A stretch of 12,095 nucleotides of DNA from Candidatus Poribacteria bacterium (GTDB lineage Bacteria; Poribacteria; WGA-4E; UBA9662): the NCBI GenBank assembly GCA_036339735.1, contig JAYZAL010000071.1:1-12095 (forward strand), written 5' to 3'. Numbering within the stretch: the stretch's first letter is position 1; each line of letters opens with the position of its first letter. Of the stretch, positions 1 through 8,869 are shown piece by piece. The notes under the pieces are model-generated. The model was not told where the DNA came from and searched no databases. It saw only the letters and a program-made list of their open reading frames with translations. The position numbers were made by a program, and so were the translations under genes.

Positions 1-1092
1 AAAGGTCGTAATTGGGTAACTAATCGGAGTAAGGAGTATTTTACTTACGATGATGTTTTGGCTATAGAAGCTGAAGCTCCTTCGGTTGAAACAGTTGTGC
101 CAAGAATTCCAGTCTGGGGTGGGGCTACTATTCAAGCTAAAGGCGGTAATGAAGTCCGAGCTGGTTACCACGGTATTACGCCTTCTCTAAAAACCAGTAT
201 GGATTGGGATCTTCATTCTGGTCGATTCATTACCGATGAAGATGTACAAAACAAAGCTCGCGTCTGTGCTATCGGATTCAAATTGATCAACGAATTATTT
301 ATGGGACAAGACCCAATTGGCAAAGAAATCAAAATTGTTTACGGTACTGGTTACCGTCCGGGCAGAAAAAGATCTGAGGCTAATATTCGCCGATCGGAGA
401 GACTGACAGTCGTTGGTGTTATGACCCCCCGCGGAACTAGCATACGTTATGGTTGGGATATGGACAACCATGTTTTTATGCCTCTGACCACCATGCAAGA
501 GAGATTTACTGGTAGCGACGAAATTCATATGCTTTCAATTCAAGCCTATGACGTAGATTCCGTATACCAGGCGGCAGAAGAAGTCAAATCTGTCTTGCGT
601 CGATATCATAATGGAGAAGATGAGTTTTTTCGTACTCGATTCACTGTCGAGAGCGTTGATGTTCTGGATCGAATCAGTAAAGTTTTACAATTAACTCTTA
701 GTGTAATCGCCTTTGTTTCATTAGTCGTTGGTGGGATCGGCATTATGAATATGATGTTGGTTTCGGTGAATGAACGCACACGAGAAATTGGTTTGCGTAA
801 GGCTATCGGTGCTAAACAGATCGACATTCTGTTCCAATTTTTAGCTGAATCAACTGCTATGTGTAGCGTTGGTGGTGTATTAGGCGTAGTGTTAGGGCTT
901 GGTATTGGGTATGGTGTTTCTCGCTTGGCTTCTCGATTTGTTACCATTGTAGATCAATGGCCGTTTGTTTTTGCGCCAGGATGGGTGGCGATTTCGCTAA
1001 TTTTTTCTGCAGTTATAGGAATCGGTTTTGGAATCTACCCTGCTTTTCGTGCTGCTAGCCTGCAACCAGTCGAAGCACTCAGGACCGAATAA
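1..1092 (+). CDS. MacB/FtsX-like ABC transporter permease (5'-truncated)
   Basis: Frame is open from base 1 (KGRNWVTNRSKEYFTYDDVL...), so the TTG at 58 is probably not the true start. MacB periplasmic core (GRFITDED, DPIGKEI, VVGVM, VFMPLTT) and FtsX-type C-terminal motif GGIGIMNMMLVSVNERTREIGLRKAIGA...FLAES...YPAFRAASLQPVEALR. Confidence 0.93.
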   Translation, partial: KGRNWVTNRSKEYFTYDDVLAIEAEAPSVETVVPRIPVWGGATIQAKGGNEVRAGYHGITPSLKTSMDWDLHSGRFITDEDVQNKARVCAIGFKLINELFMGQDPIGKEIKIVYGTGYRPGRKRSEANIRRSERLTVVGVMTPRGTSIRYGWDMDNHVFMPLTTMQERFTGSDEIHMLSIQAYDVDSVYQAAEEVKSVLRRYHNGEDEFFRTRFTVESVDVLDRISKVLQLTLSVIAFVSLVVGGIGIMNMMLVSVNERTREIGLRKAIGAKQIDILFQFLAESTAMCSVGGVLGVVLGLGIGYGVSRLASRFVTIVDQWPFVFAPGWVAISLIFSAVIGIGFGIYPAFRAASLQPVEALRTE

Positions 1093-1104
1093 CACAGGAA
1101 AATT

Positions 1105-2397
1105 ATGAATATTTGGTTATACATTGGATTAGCATTTTCTAGCTTACGTCGTAATATATTGCGAACAGCATTAACCATCTTGGGTATAGTGATAGGTGTT
1201 TGTGCTGTAGTTGGTGTGATTTCCGTTGGAGATGGCTCTAGAAAAATGGTACTAGGGGAAATCGAACAGAGTGGCGGCATGAATATAATAGAAATTTATA
1301 AAGATTCTTGGGACCGGCAGTCAGGTAGTACGTTGAGCAATGCTGCTAATCAAGTCAGGAGGCGTTGGCAAAGAAATCGAGCTGAGTCGCTGGAAACACC
1401 GGATGTAGATGAGATATTAGCCAACGTTGCAAATGTCAATTTAGCCGTACCAGAGGACGATTTTCCTGGTGTCAACTTGAACTTTGATGGCCAGAGTAAA
1501 ACTTCTCGTGTGGTAGCAACTGCTAGTGGTTATGATATTCTACACAATTGGTATGTCAAGTCAGGTCGGTTTTTATCAGAGGCTGATGACGAAGCTGCTC
1601 GGACTGTTACTGTTATAGGTTCAAAAGTCAAGGATGAACTTTTTGGTGATATGGACCCCATCGGACAAGAAATTAAGGCTACTCGTGGCAATAGTATGAA
1701 TGTACGATTGACAGTAATTGGGGTTATGGATGAACGTGGTGGAACAACCAGTGTTGAGGAGGGCTGGGATGATCGATTCATCATACCAATCACAACCCTA
1801 CAACAGAGGTTTAAAGGTCGTAAAGATATTGAGCGGATTCGAGTGCAAGTCAGCGATTTAGATTTAGTCGAACGAGCTACAGATGACGCAAAATTCATTT
1901 TGGGCCGTCAACATAACAATACTGGGGAAGAGTACCAGTACTGGACAGCTAAAGAAGAACTATCCCAGGCTGAAAAAGTTGGAGAAATTATGAAATTAAG
2001 CATGGGAGCCTTAGCAGGTATAGCACTCGTAGTCGCTGGTATTGGTGTCATGAACATAATGCTAGTTTCTGTAACCGAACGAACGCAAGAAATTGGTTTA
2101 AGGAAAGCTATAGGAGCTAAAAGAAAAGACATTCTGATTCAATTTTTAATTGAGTCTATCGTTTTAACACTGTCTGGTGGTGCTTTAGGTGCAGCGATTG
2201 GCATTTTTGCTGGTAAAGGATTTGCATGGGTAATTAACGAATTCGTTTGGCCAGGCAGTAATTGGCCTGCCGTAATTTCGTTGCAGGCCGTTTTTTTAGC
2301 TTTGTCAGTTTCTGTCGGGGTTGGTCTCTTTTTTGGACTTTATCCAGCCAATAAAGCATCCAGACTGCAACCTATTGAAGCATTACGATCGGATTAA
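1105..2397 (+). CDS. MacB/FtsX-like ABC transporter permease without fused ATPase
   Basis: N-terminal LRRNILRTALTILGIVIGVCAVV TM1, large periplasmic domain, motif AGIGVMNIMLVSVTERTQEIGLRKAIGA, and C-terminal GLYPANKASRLQPIEALR. AGGA at 1096-1099 precedes the ATG. Confidence 0.95.
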   Translation: MNIWLYIGLAFSSLRRNILRTALTILGIVIGVCAVVGVISVGDGSRKMVLGEIEQSGGMNIIEIYKDSWDRQSGSTLSNAANQVRRRWQRNRAESLETPDVDEILANVANVNLAVPEDDFPGVNLNFDGQSKTSRVVATASGYDILHNWYVKSGRFLSEADDEAARTVTVIGSKVKDELFGDMDPIGQEIKATRGNSMNVRLTVIGVMDERGGTTSVEEGWDDRFIIPITTLQQRFKGRKDIERIRVQVSDLDLVERATDDAKFILGRQHNNTGEEYQYWTAKEELSQAEKVGEIMKLSMGALAGIALVVAGIGVMNIMLVSVTERTQEIGLRKAIGAKRKDILIQFLIESIVLTLSGGALGAAIGIFAGKGFAWVINEFVWPGSNWPAVISLQAVFLALSVSVGVGLFFGLYPANKASRLQPIEALRSD

Positions 2398-2460
2398 GTC
2401 TTGAATTTAAAGCTAGAAGATAAAATGATCAACTTCCAAAAAACTCTGATAAAAGACAGA

Positions 2461-4371
2461 ATGAGGCAAAATAAATTGAAAAAAAATGGATTACTAGCAA
2501 TATTGTCCATGGCTTTAGTGGTCGGATTGACTACATCCTGTGGTGAAAAAAGAGGGGCAACAGCCAATAAGACGGGAGCCCAAACAGAAAAGCGTGTTGG
2601 CGTTGTAAAACGAGGAAATTTTCAGGAACGAATTAGTGCCACTGGTAATTTAGAAGCTCTTGTGGAAGTAGAAGTCAAATCTCAAGTCGAAGGAGAAATC
2701 GTAACGCTAGCAGTAGATGAAGGGGACTACGTTCAAGCTGACGATATCCTACTTAAACTTGATCCTAGACGTATTATTGAGGAAAGGCGACAAGCAGAAG
2801 CCAATGTCGATGCAGCCAAGGCTTCGGTCACACAAGCTGAACTTAATACTGAACTGAAACGTGCTCAGCTTTCCACAAGGTTGAGCAAAGCAGAAGCTGA
2901 TTACAAAATTGCTGAATCCAATTTGGATGCTGTCAAAGCTGAATCCTCTTCCAGACTTACTGCGGCAGAAACTGATATTCAGACGACCAAAAATGCTTTG
3001 GAACAAGACAACCTATCTTTAGAACAAGCCCGGTTAGCCTTAAGCCAAGCCAAATTAACTTTGATCGATAATGAGACAGCCCTCAAATCAGCCCAAGTGA
3101 ACCAAGATAATGCACTATCAGAAAGAGATAGGAATAAAGATCTGTTTGAAAAAAAATACGTCGCTAAAAGGACATTAGAAGAAGCTGAAAATCGGCTAGC
3201 TAATGCTGAATCTCAATATAACAGTGCAAAGCAACGTGTAGCAGCCCAGAAGGAATCAATTGAATCCCAGAAGAAGGCCGTTAAAGCTAAACAAAGTATT
3301 ATTGAAACACGAAAGACAACGTTGAAGTACCAAGAGTTAAATCTAGAAAAGCTGAAAGAGATGCGATCAGCTCAAGAGAAACGCTCTCAACTTCAATTAG
3401 AAATAGCGAAAAGGCAAATGGAAGAAGTTACGCTAACAATCGACCAAGAGCAAGTAGTAGCTGATCAATCAAAAATTATTGCTGAGGCTCAGCATTTGCG
3501 AAATGAGAGTAGTTTAGAGTCAGTGAAAGAGCGCCTTGAATGGACAACGATTCGTGCTCCCATTTCTGGAACTATTACGCTGATGGAACTGGAAGTAGGT
3601 GAAATCGTAACTTCAGGCCGGTCGGCCTTCTCTCAAAGCCCACCACTAATGACCATTTCCGATCTTTCTCAAATGGTAGTCAAAACATATATCAACGAAG
3701 TCGATATGGAACAACTACAAGTTGACCAAGTAGTAGAGATTACTAGTGACACCTACAAAGGGAAAATATACCAAGGAAGAGTAATGGAAATCTCACCGAT
3801 CGGTGTGGAACGAGAAAACATCATTAGTTTTGAAGTTATGATCGAAGTGATTGACTCTCCACCCGAGTTGAAGCCTGGTATGAGTACTGACATCGATATT
3901 ATCACTTATGAAGAAAAAAACGTCTTGCTGATACCGATTGAAGCAGTACAATCTGAAACAAGTATCACGGCGGTAGCCCAAATCGGAAGTGGTAATAACC
4001 AGCTTAAAACCGACCAGGCGATTCAGCTAAAGAGCCTTAGCGGAAAAAGTTTCAACGGTAAAATATCCTCAGTCCAAAGTGGTCAATTGTTGATTAATAT
4101 GGATGCTGGCCAGAGAGGGTTACGACCGGGCCCTCAGACTTTTGCAGTTTTGTCCAATGGGAGACAGGTTGCTGATGGTATTTCTACCGCTGTCAGTATC
4201 AAGCGGGATAAATATGTAATGGTTGATGGCGATAGTCCCACCCGAACATCTGTCAAAATTGGTCTCCAAAACGAAGTTGATGCTATTGTTTTAAGTGGTC
4301 TTCAGAACGGGGCTCGTGTCTTGCTGAAAAATCGTACAGCAGGAGGTCCTGGTTCTTGGGGGGCAAGGTAA
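2461..4371 (+). CDS. Efflux periplasmic adaptor subunit (MacA/HlyD-type membrane fusion protein), possible lipoprotein, with extended coiled coil
   Basis: Lipoyl half-motifs VEVKSQVEGEIVTLAVDEGDYV and IRAPISGTI, beta-barrel INEVD...LKPGMS, and membrane-proximal LLIPIEAV and VKIGLQN...VLSGLQNG. ATG 2461 gives a basic N-region, a hydrophobic stretch and LTTS-C (Cys codon 2539-2541). The start is uncertain (alternatives TTG 2401, ATG 2425). Confidence 0.92.
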   Translation: MRQNKLKKNGLLAILSMALVVGLTTSCGEKRGATANKTGAQTEKRVGVVKRGNFQERISATGNLEALVEVEVKSQVEGEIVTLAVDEGDYVQADDILLKLDPRRIIEERRQAEANVDAAKASVTQAELNTELKRAQLSTRLSKAEADYKIAESNLDAVKAESSSRLTAAETDIQTTKNALEQDNLSLEQARLALSQAKLTLIDNETALKSAQVNQDNALSERDRNKDLFEKKYVAKRTLEEAENRLANAESQYNSAKQRVAAQKESIESQKKAVKAKQSIIETRKTTLKYQELNLEKLKEMRSAQEKRSQLQLEIAKRQMEEVTLTIDQEQVVADQSKIIAEAQHLRNESSLESVKERLEWTTIRAPISGTITLMELEVGEIVTSGRSAFSQSPPLMTISDLSQMVVKTYINEVDMEQLQVDQVVEITSDTYKGKIYQGRVMEISPIGVERENIISFEVMIEVIDSPPELKPGMSTDIDIITYEEKNVLLIPIEAVQSETSITAVAQIGSGNNQLKTDQAIQLKSLSGKSFNGKISSVQSGQLLINMDAGQRGLRPGPQTFAVLSNGRQVADGISTAVSIKRDKYVMVDGDSPTRTSVKIGLQNEVDAIVLSGLQNGARVLLKNRTAGGPGSWGAR

Positions 4372-4374
4372 CCG

Positions 4375-5196
4375 TTGGAGACATTAGAAGGCTCAGTTGC
4401 TCTGATAACTGGGTCAGCTCAGGGGCTAGGCCTAGCTATAGCGAAACAATTGTCCAATGATGGGGCAGATGTTATCTTAGCAGATTTACAAGCTCAAAAG
4501 GCTGAACAAATTGCAAGAGAACTTAGTGTAAATGGGAAACAAGTAAGAGCTTATCCAATTGATATAGCCGACAGCCGTTCAGTTGATGAGTGTTTTTCTA
4601 TTGTTCAATCTGAGTTTGGCCGGTTGGATATTGTCGTTAATAATGCTGCGGTTGGCCAAACGATTACCCCTCTTATTGAATTATCCGACGCCGATTGGCA
4701 CCACGTGTTACAAGTTTCTTTGACAGGGACGTTCTATTGCTGTCGGGCTGCAGGTCTTATCATGAAGCGACAAACCGCAGGCTGCATTGTCAATTTGTCT
4801 TCTATCAACGGCTTGAATCCACCTGCATTGGTTGGCGCATATAACGTAGCTAAAGCCGGAGTCATTAACCTAACTCAAACTTTGGCTGCCGAGTTGGGCA
4901 TATACGGTGTGCGTGTCAACGCTGTTTGTCCGGGTCCTGTCTACACTGATTTCAACAAACGTGTGATGAAAGAAAGAGGAGAAAGTTTAGGTGTGTCTGA
5001 CACTGAAGTAATTGAAAAAATTAGGCAATCCATACCTCTCGGTCGGTGGGGTAAACCGAAAGACATAGCTCAAACCGTTTCTTTCCTGTGTAGTAGCCGT
5101 GCTAGCTGGGTTACAGGGGAAGTTTGGCGGGTAAGTGGTGGCCTGAGTGGGGTTTCTGCTACTCCTACTTTCTTAGATTCTGAAACTACTCCATAG
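4375..5196 (+). CDS. Classical SDR family NAD(P)-dependent oxidoreductase (FabG-like fold, substrate unknown)
   Basis: TGSAQGLG glycine motif, Asp after beta-2 (LADL, suggesting NAD preference), VNNAA, catalytic Ser (NLSS), YNVAK, VNAVCPG, IPLGRWG. TTG start 3 nt after the adaptor stop. Confidence 0.93.
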   Translation: METLEGSVALITGSAQGLGLAIAKQLSNDGADVILADLQAQKAEQIARELSVNGKQVRAYPIDIADSRSVDECFSIVQSEFGRLDIVVNNAAVGQTITPLIELSDADWHHVLQVSLTGTFYCCRAAGLIMKRQTAGCIVNLSSINGLNPPALVGAYNVAKAGVINLTQTLAAELGIYGVRVNAVCPGPVYTDFNKRVMKERGESLGVSDTEVIEKIRQSIPLGRWGKPKDIAQTVSFLCSSRASWVTGEVWRVSGGLSGVSATPTFLDSETTP

Positions 5197-6313
5197 AAGC
5201 TTTTGTTTCACCGATTCCCTTCCTCAAGAGTGTATCAACTAATAGGCCGAATGCTTCAGGAATAACCGGTTCGACAGAAACAGCATAAATGTTCGGTTGA
5301 TTATTCCAAGTTGTGATCTTCGGTTGGTCTTTTTCAGTTGTTATAATCAGATCAGCACCAAAAGATACGGAAGCCTGATGAATCCTCTGTAGATCAGTCA
5401 TATCATACTGATGATGGTCAGAGAAAATCATTAGGCTAAAGTTGGATGGATCGAGATTCTGCACAAGTTTACTGAACCCAGATGGATTCCCAATACCACA
5501 AAAAGCAAAAACTCGAGCCCCCTTGATTTCATCTATGTTTATCTGCCTTTCGGGTGCGTGGATTGGATATAATCGAATTGCGCGATAATAACTGTTGAAT
5601 ACAGGCTGATTTGTGTCCAAATTATCAGTGCTTTCTAATTTAGTAGGTGATGATTGAATAATGATGTCTGCTCGTCCAAGGCTGCTCAGCGGTTCCCGAA
5701 AAGCACCGGCTGGTAGTAGTTTCGGAGCCAGATGGTTTCCACTTTTGATTAAAACAATATCTATCATTCTTTCCAATTGACGGTGTTGGAACCCATCGTC
5801 GACGATCAAAACTTCGGATCCGAATTGATGTACTGCCTGAAGTCCTGACTGATAACGGTTTCGGCAGCTCAAAACTGGGACATTTCTTGACTTTTGTGAT
5901 TGATCGGCGGTTAATTGTCGGTAAATCATCAAGGCTTCGTCCCCACAAACAGATACAGGAGTGTCATCTGAGACGACCACAACTTGTTTGTTGGATTTGG
6001 AACGATACCCAGCTGTTAAGACAGCAACGCGAAACCCCTTTTGATCTAGAAATTTTGCTAAATAAACCACGTGTGGAGTTTTTCCTGTTCCACCGACGGT
6101 TATATTACCTACGCTAATCACTTGACTTGGCAATATTTTTGGTTTTAACCATCCCAGATCATATAGGGTGTTACGGCTAAAAACGACTAATGAATAGAGC
6201 CAGCTAAACGGGATAAATAGGATACAAATTACTACTGCTATACCATTTTTCCACCAACTTGAAAAAGGATAGCTTCGTGTGATGGATTGTTCCAAAAATA
6301 AACGGATAGACAT
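5186..6313 (-). CDS. lpxK: Tetraacyldisaccharide 4'-kinase
   Basis: ISVGNITVGGTGKTP P-loop, GDEA, DDGFQH, LLPAGAFREP, GIGNP, FSDHHQY and TTEKD motifs, plus an N-terminal hydrophobic helix. Confidence 0.96.
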   Translation of the reverse strand: MSIRLFLEQSITRSYPFSSWWKNGIAVVICILFIPFSWLYSLVVFSRNTLYDLGWLKPKILPSQVISVGNITVGGTGKTPHVVYLAKFLDQKGFRVAVLTAGYRSKSNKQVVVVSDDTPVSVCGDEALMIYRQLTADQSQKSRNVPVLSCRNRYQSGLQAVHQFGSEVLIVDDGFQHRQLERMIDIVLIKSGNHLAPKLLPAGAFREPLSSLGRADIIIQSSPTKLESTDNLDTNQPVFNSYYRAIRLYPIHAPERQINIDEIKGARVFAFCGIGNPSGFSKLVQNLDPSNFSLMIFSDHHQYDMTDLQRIHQASVSFGADLIITTEKDQPKITTWNNQPNIYAVSVEPVIPEAFGLLVDTLLRKGIGETKASME

Positions 6314-6350
6314 TCGTCACTTTCTATGTTAGTTAAGAAAACATCTGGAA

Positions 6351-7463
6351 TTAAGGCAGATAAAGACGAACAAGATCTGCTACACGTTTTGCGGCACCTT
6401 CGTCTCCCAAGGCTTTCCGAATTTCTGATAACCTTTGTCGTTGTGCTGCTAACAATTCAGGGTTTAGTAGATGATTTTCTGCTGTGGTGAAAATCCGATC
6501 CGAATTTGCCTGTTTTTGTAGTAACTCTGGTACTACTTCGTATCCAGCAATTATATTTGGCAAACCGCTATGTGTAAGTTGAACTAACCGTTTTGATAAC
6601 CACCAAGTCAAAGTTGATAGTTGATAGACTATTATCATCGGAGTTCCTATCAAGGCTGACTCTAAGGTAGCAGTACCTGACGCAATCAGCATTAAATCTG
6701 CAGCACGCATCACTGTGTAAGCTTGACTGGAACTAACGATTGTAATGTCCGGGGGGGCTTCTAGCTTAATTCCTGCAGCGAGAGGCAATATGAATTGGCT
6801 TTCAGGAAATCGATTGCGCAAACGGTTAGCAACAGCTACCATTAAGGGTAAAAGAGTGTTAACTTCTGATTGTCTGCTACCCGGCATTAATCCAATAGTT
6901 TGTCCGTTTGAGTTGATTCCCAGCTCTTTTCTGGCTGATAAAACAGAGTGTTTTGATTGTGCAATATCCAGCAGTGGATGTCCAACAAAATAGGTGTTCG
7001 CTCCAGCTTTTTTATAAAAATTAGCTTCAAAAGGAAATATAGAAGCCACGGCGGAAGTCGACTTAGCTACCGTTCTTGCTCTATTAGCTCGCCAAGCCCA
7101 TGCTTTGGGTGGAATATAATAAATAACAGGAAGGCTTAGTCGATTCGCATACTTAGCTAGACCGAGATTAAATCCACTAAAATCAACTAAAACAGTCACA
7201 GATGGTCGTTCCTGACGAAGAAACTTTTTCAGCTTTGCTTGTTTCAAGGCGAATTTAGGAACGGCAGATACCACTTCAGTGAAACCCATAACAGCAGAAT
7301 CGCGAATATGGTAAATTAGCCTAACTCCAGCCTGCTGCATTAAATCTCCACCCATCCCGAAAAAATTAATTTCTGGGCTTTGGCACACGAGATGCTTAAT
7401 TACTTCTGCTGCATGCAGGTCACCCGAAGGTTCACCGGCGACGACCAATATTTTTTTAGTCAT
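6351..7463 (-). CDS. lpxB: Lipid-A-disaccharide synthase
   Basis: AGEPSGDLH, VMGFTEV, PKAWAWR, IFPFE, VGHPL, MPGSR, SGTATLE and LPNII motifs. Start reassigned from 7556 to ATG 7463 (MTKKILVVAGE), which overlaps the upstream TAA as TAATG. Confidence 0.96.
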   Translation of the reverse strand: MTKKILVVAGEPSGDLHAAEVIKHLVCQSPEINFFGMGGDLMQQAGVRLIYHIRDSAVMGFTEVVSAVPKFALKQAKLKKFLRQERPSVTVLVDFSGFNLGLAKYANRLSLPVIYYIPPKAWAWRANRARTVAKSTSAVASIFPFEANFYKKAGANTYFVGHPLLDIAQSKHSVLSARKELGINSNGQTIGLMPGSRQSEVNTLLPLMVAVANRLRNRFPESQFILPLAAGIKLEAPPDITIVSSSQAYTVMRAADLMLIASGTATLESALIGTPMIIVYQLSTLTWWLSKRLVQLTHSGLPNIIAGYEVVPELLQKQANSDRIFTTAENHLLNPELLAAQRQRLSEIRKALGDEGAAKRVADLVRLYLP

Positions 7464-8869
7464 TAGCCATCTGTTGGAAAGATCATCAGTTTTTGCTTTA
7501 CATTGATGATGGACTTGATAATAACTAAAACTGGAATAGCCAAGATTGCGCCCCAAAGACCAAGTAAAGTTGCACCGATAATTACACTAAACATGATGGT
7601 TAAGGGGTCTATATCTATGGCGTTACTCATGATTTTAGGTGAAATTATGGAATTATCGATAGTCTGAATACCTACAATAGCACCCAGGACAGCCAAAATA
7701 CGAAATAGCAGGCCAATCATGGAGAAATCACCAGTAGCAAAACCAATTAAAAGCGCAACCAAGGCGAAAATTCCACCTATGAAGGGTCCAAAAGTCGGAA
7801 CCGCATTGCAGAGTCCTGCTAAAGCTCCTACTATTAGAGCAAAAGGAACCCCAATTATCGAATAAATAGCCATCGAAAGTGAGCTAACAAGAGTAATAAC
7901 GATTACCTGTCCTCGTAGGAAGGATTCCATATTGTCATGAATTTCTCGCAAATATAGCCAAACCGAATCTCTTTGAGCAACTGGAAACAGATTGACAAAT
8001 TTCTGAACGTAAGCTTTTAACGAATGACTTGCATAGATAAAAATAATCAGAGCTAAAAAAACGGTGGTCAAGAACCCGCCGAAACCGATAGCTAGAGCTG
8101 ACATCCCTTTGAAAATTCGGTTGAATAGCCCACCACCACTTTCCGCAATACTCCCAAAATTAGTACTCAAATAACTTTGTACTTGGGTGATCATTTTCTG
8201 GCCTTCATTTTTCACAAAATACGTCAAATCCCGGATAAGTTGTAAATTTGATTCCTGACCCCAGTTTTCCAATCGTTGTAAAGCACCTTTAGAATCTTCT
8301 GTTCCCAAAACGAAAGGCATTAATGTTTCCTGGTAAAACACTACAATACCTTTTGACATTGCCACAACTTGTTGACTAATTTGTGGAGCAACTAACCCGA
8401 ACAACAAAAACAGGAAAACCAATGTCAGTGCCAATAAGAAGAAGCTAGCAATTGGTCTAGAAATGTGCAACTTTCGCCCCATCGGTAGAGGTATTTCTTG
8501 TAATTCACCTACGACAAAATGAAAAAAATAAGCCAGACCAAAACCAAGTATGAAAGGCATCAAAACATCGACTAGTCGAAGAAATAGCCACAAGGAAACA
8601 AAAACAATCTCGAAACCGATAATACGTGCCGGTTGGACGTAAGGCAAAATAGACCATAAAAATATCAACAAAACGATTGGAAAAATAGGGTGCAAAAGTA
8701 GCCCCTCAGCGCCCGCTGATCCTGGTGCATCAGGGTAACCTACGCCATTATAGAAGGCATACCCAATCCAGCAACCAACCAAGAACACCAAACTACCGAT
8801 AGCAGTAGAATGTATTTTGGGCAATGGAGAAAATGGGGCACTGGGATCAGGGTTTTGATCAAGTGGCAT
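7463..8869 (-). CDS. AI-2E family transporter with N-terminal hydrophobic extension
   Basis: LMPFILGFGLAY, FLRGQ, GVPFALIVGALAGLCNAVPTFGPFIG, QTIDNSIISPKIM, IDPL, and GATLLGLWGAILAIP are characteristic of AI-2E/PerM proteins. Confidence 0.92.
   Translation of the reverse strand: MPLDQNPDPSAPFSPLPKIHSTAIGSLVFLVGCWIGYAFYNGVGYPDAPGSAGAEGLLLHPIFPIVLLIFLWSILPYVQPARIIGFEIVFVSLWLFLRLVDVLMPFILGFGLAYFFHFVVGELQEIPLPMGRKLHISRPIASFFLLALTLVFLFLLFGLVAPQISQQVVAMSKGIVVFYQETLMPFVLGTEDSKGALQRLENWGQESNLQLIRDLTYFVKNEGQKMITQVQSYLSTNFGSIAESGGGLFNRIFKGMSALAIGFGGFLTTVFLALIIFIYASHSLKAYVQKFVNLFPVAQRDSVWLYLREIHDNMESFLRGQVIVITLVSSLSMAIYSIIGVPFALIVGALAGLCNAVPTFGPFIGGIFALVALLIGFATGDFSMIGLLFRILAVLGAIVGIQTIDNSIISPKIMSNAIDIDPLTIMFSVIIGATLLGLWGAILAIPVLVIIKSIINVKQKLMIFPTDG

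Noticed and set aside
730..2397. Similarity between about 730-850 and about 2035-2155 as a DNA repeat or mobile element
   Set aside because: It is explained by the conserved FtsX motif of two old paralogs, and the synonymous positions have diverged.
295..3981. Short minus-strand ORFs opposite the permeases and adaptor
   Set aside because: They lie antisense to well-supported genes and show no family motifs.
4375..5196. Calling the SDR fabG
   Set aside because: It has NNAA instead of NNAGIT, an acidic residue suggesting NAD use, and no fatty-acid synthesis neighbours, so the specific function is unsupported.
7464..7556. N-terminal extension of LpxB in the ORF track
   Set aside because: It overlaps the AI-2E gene by about 90 nt. 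LpxB homology begins at MTKKILVVAGE, and the TAATG junction supports ATG 7463.
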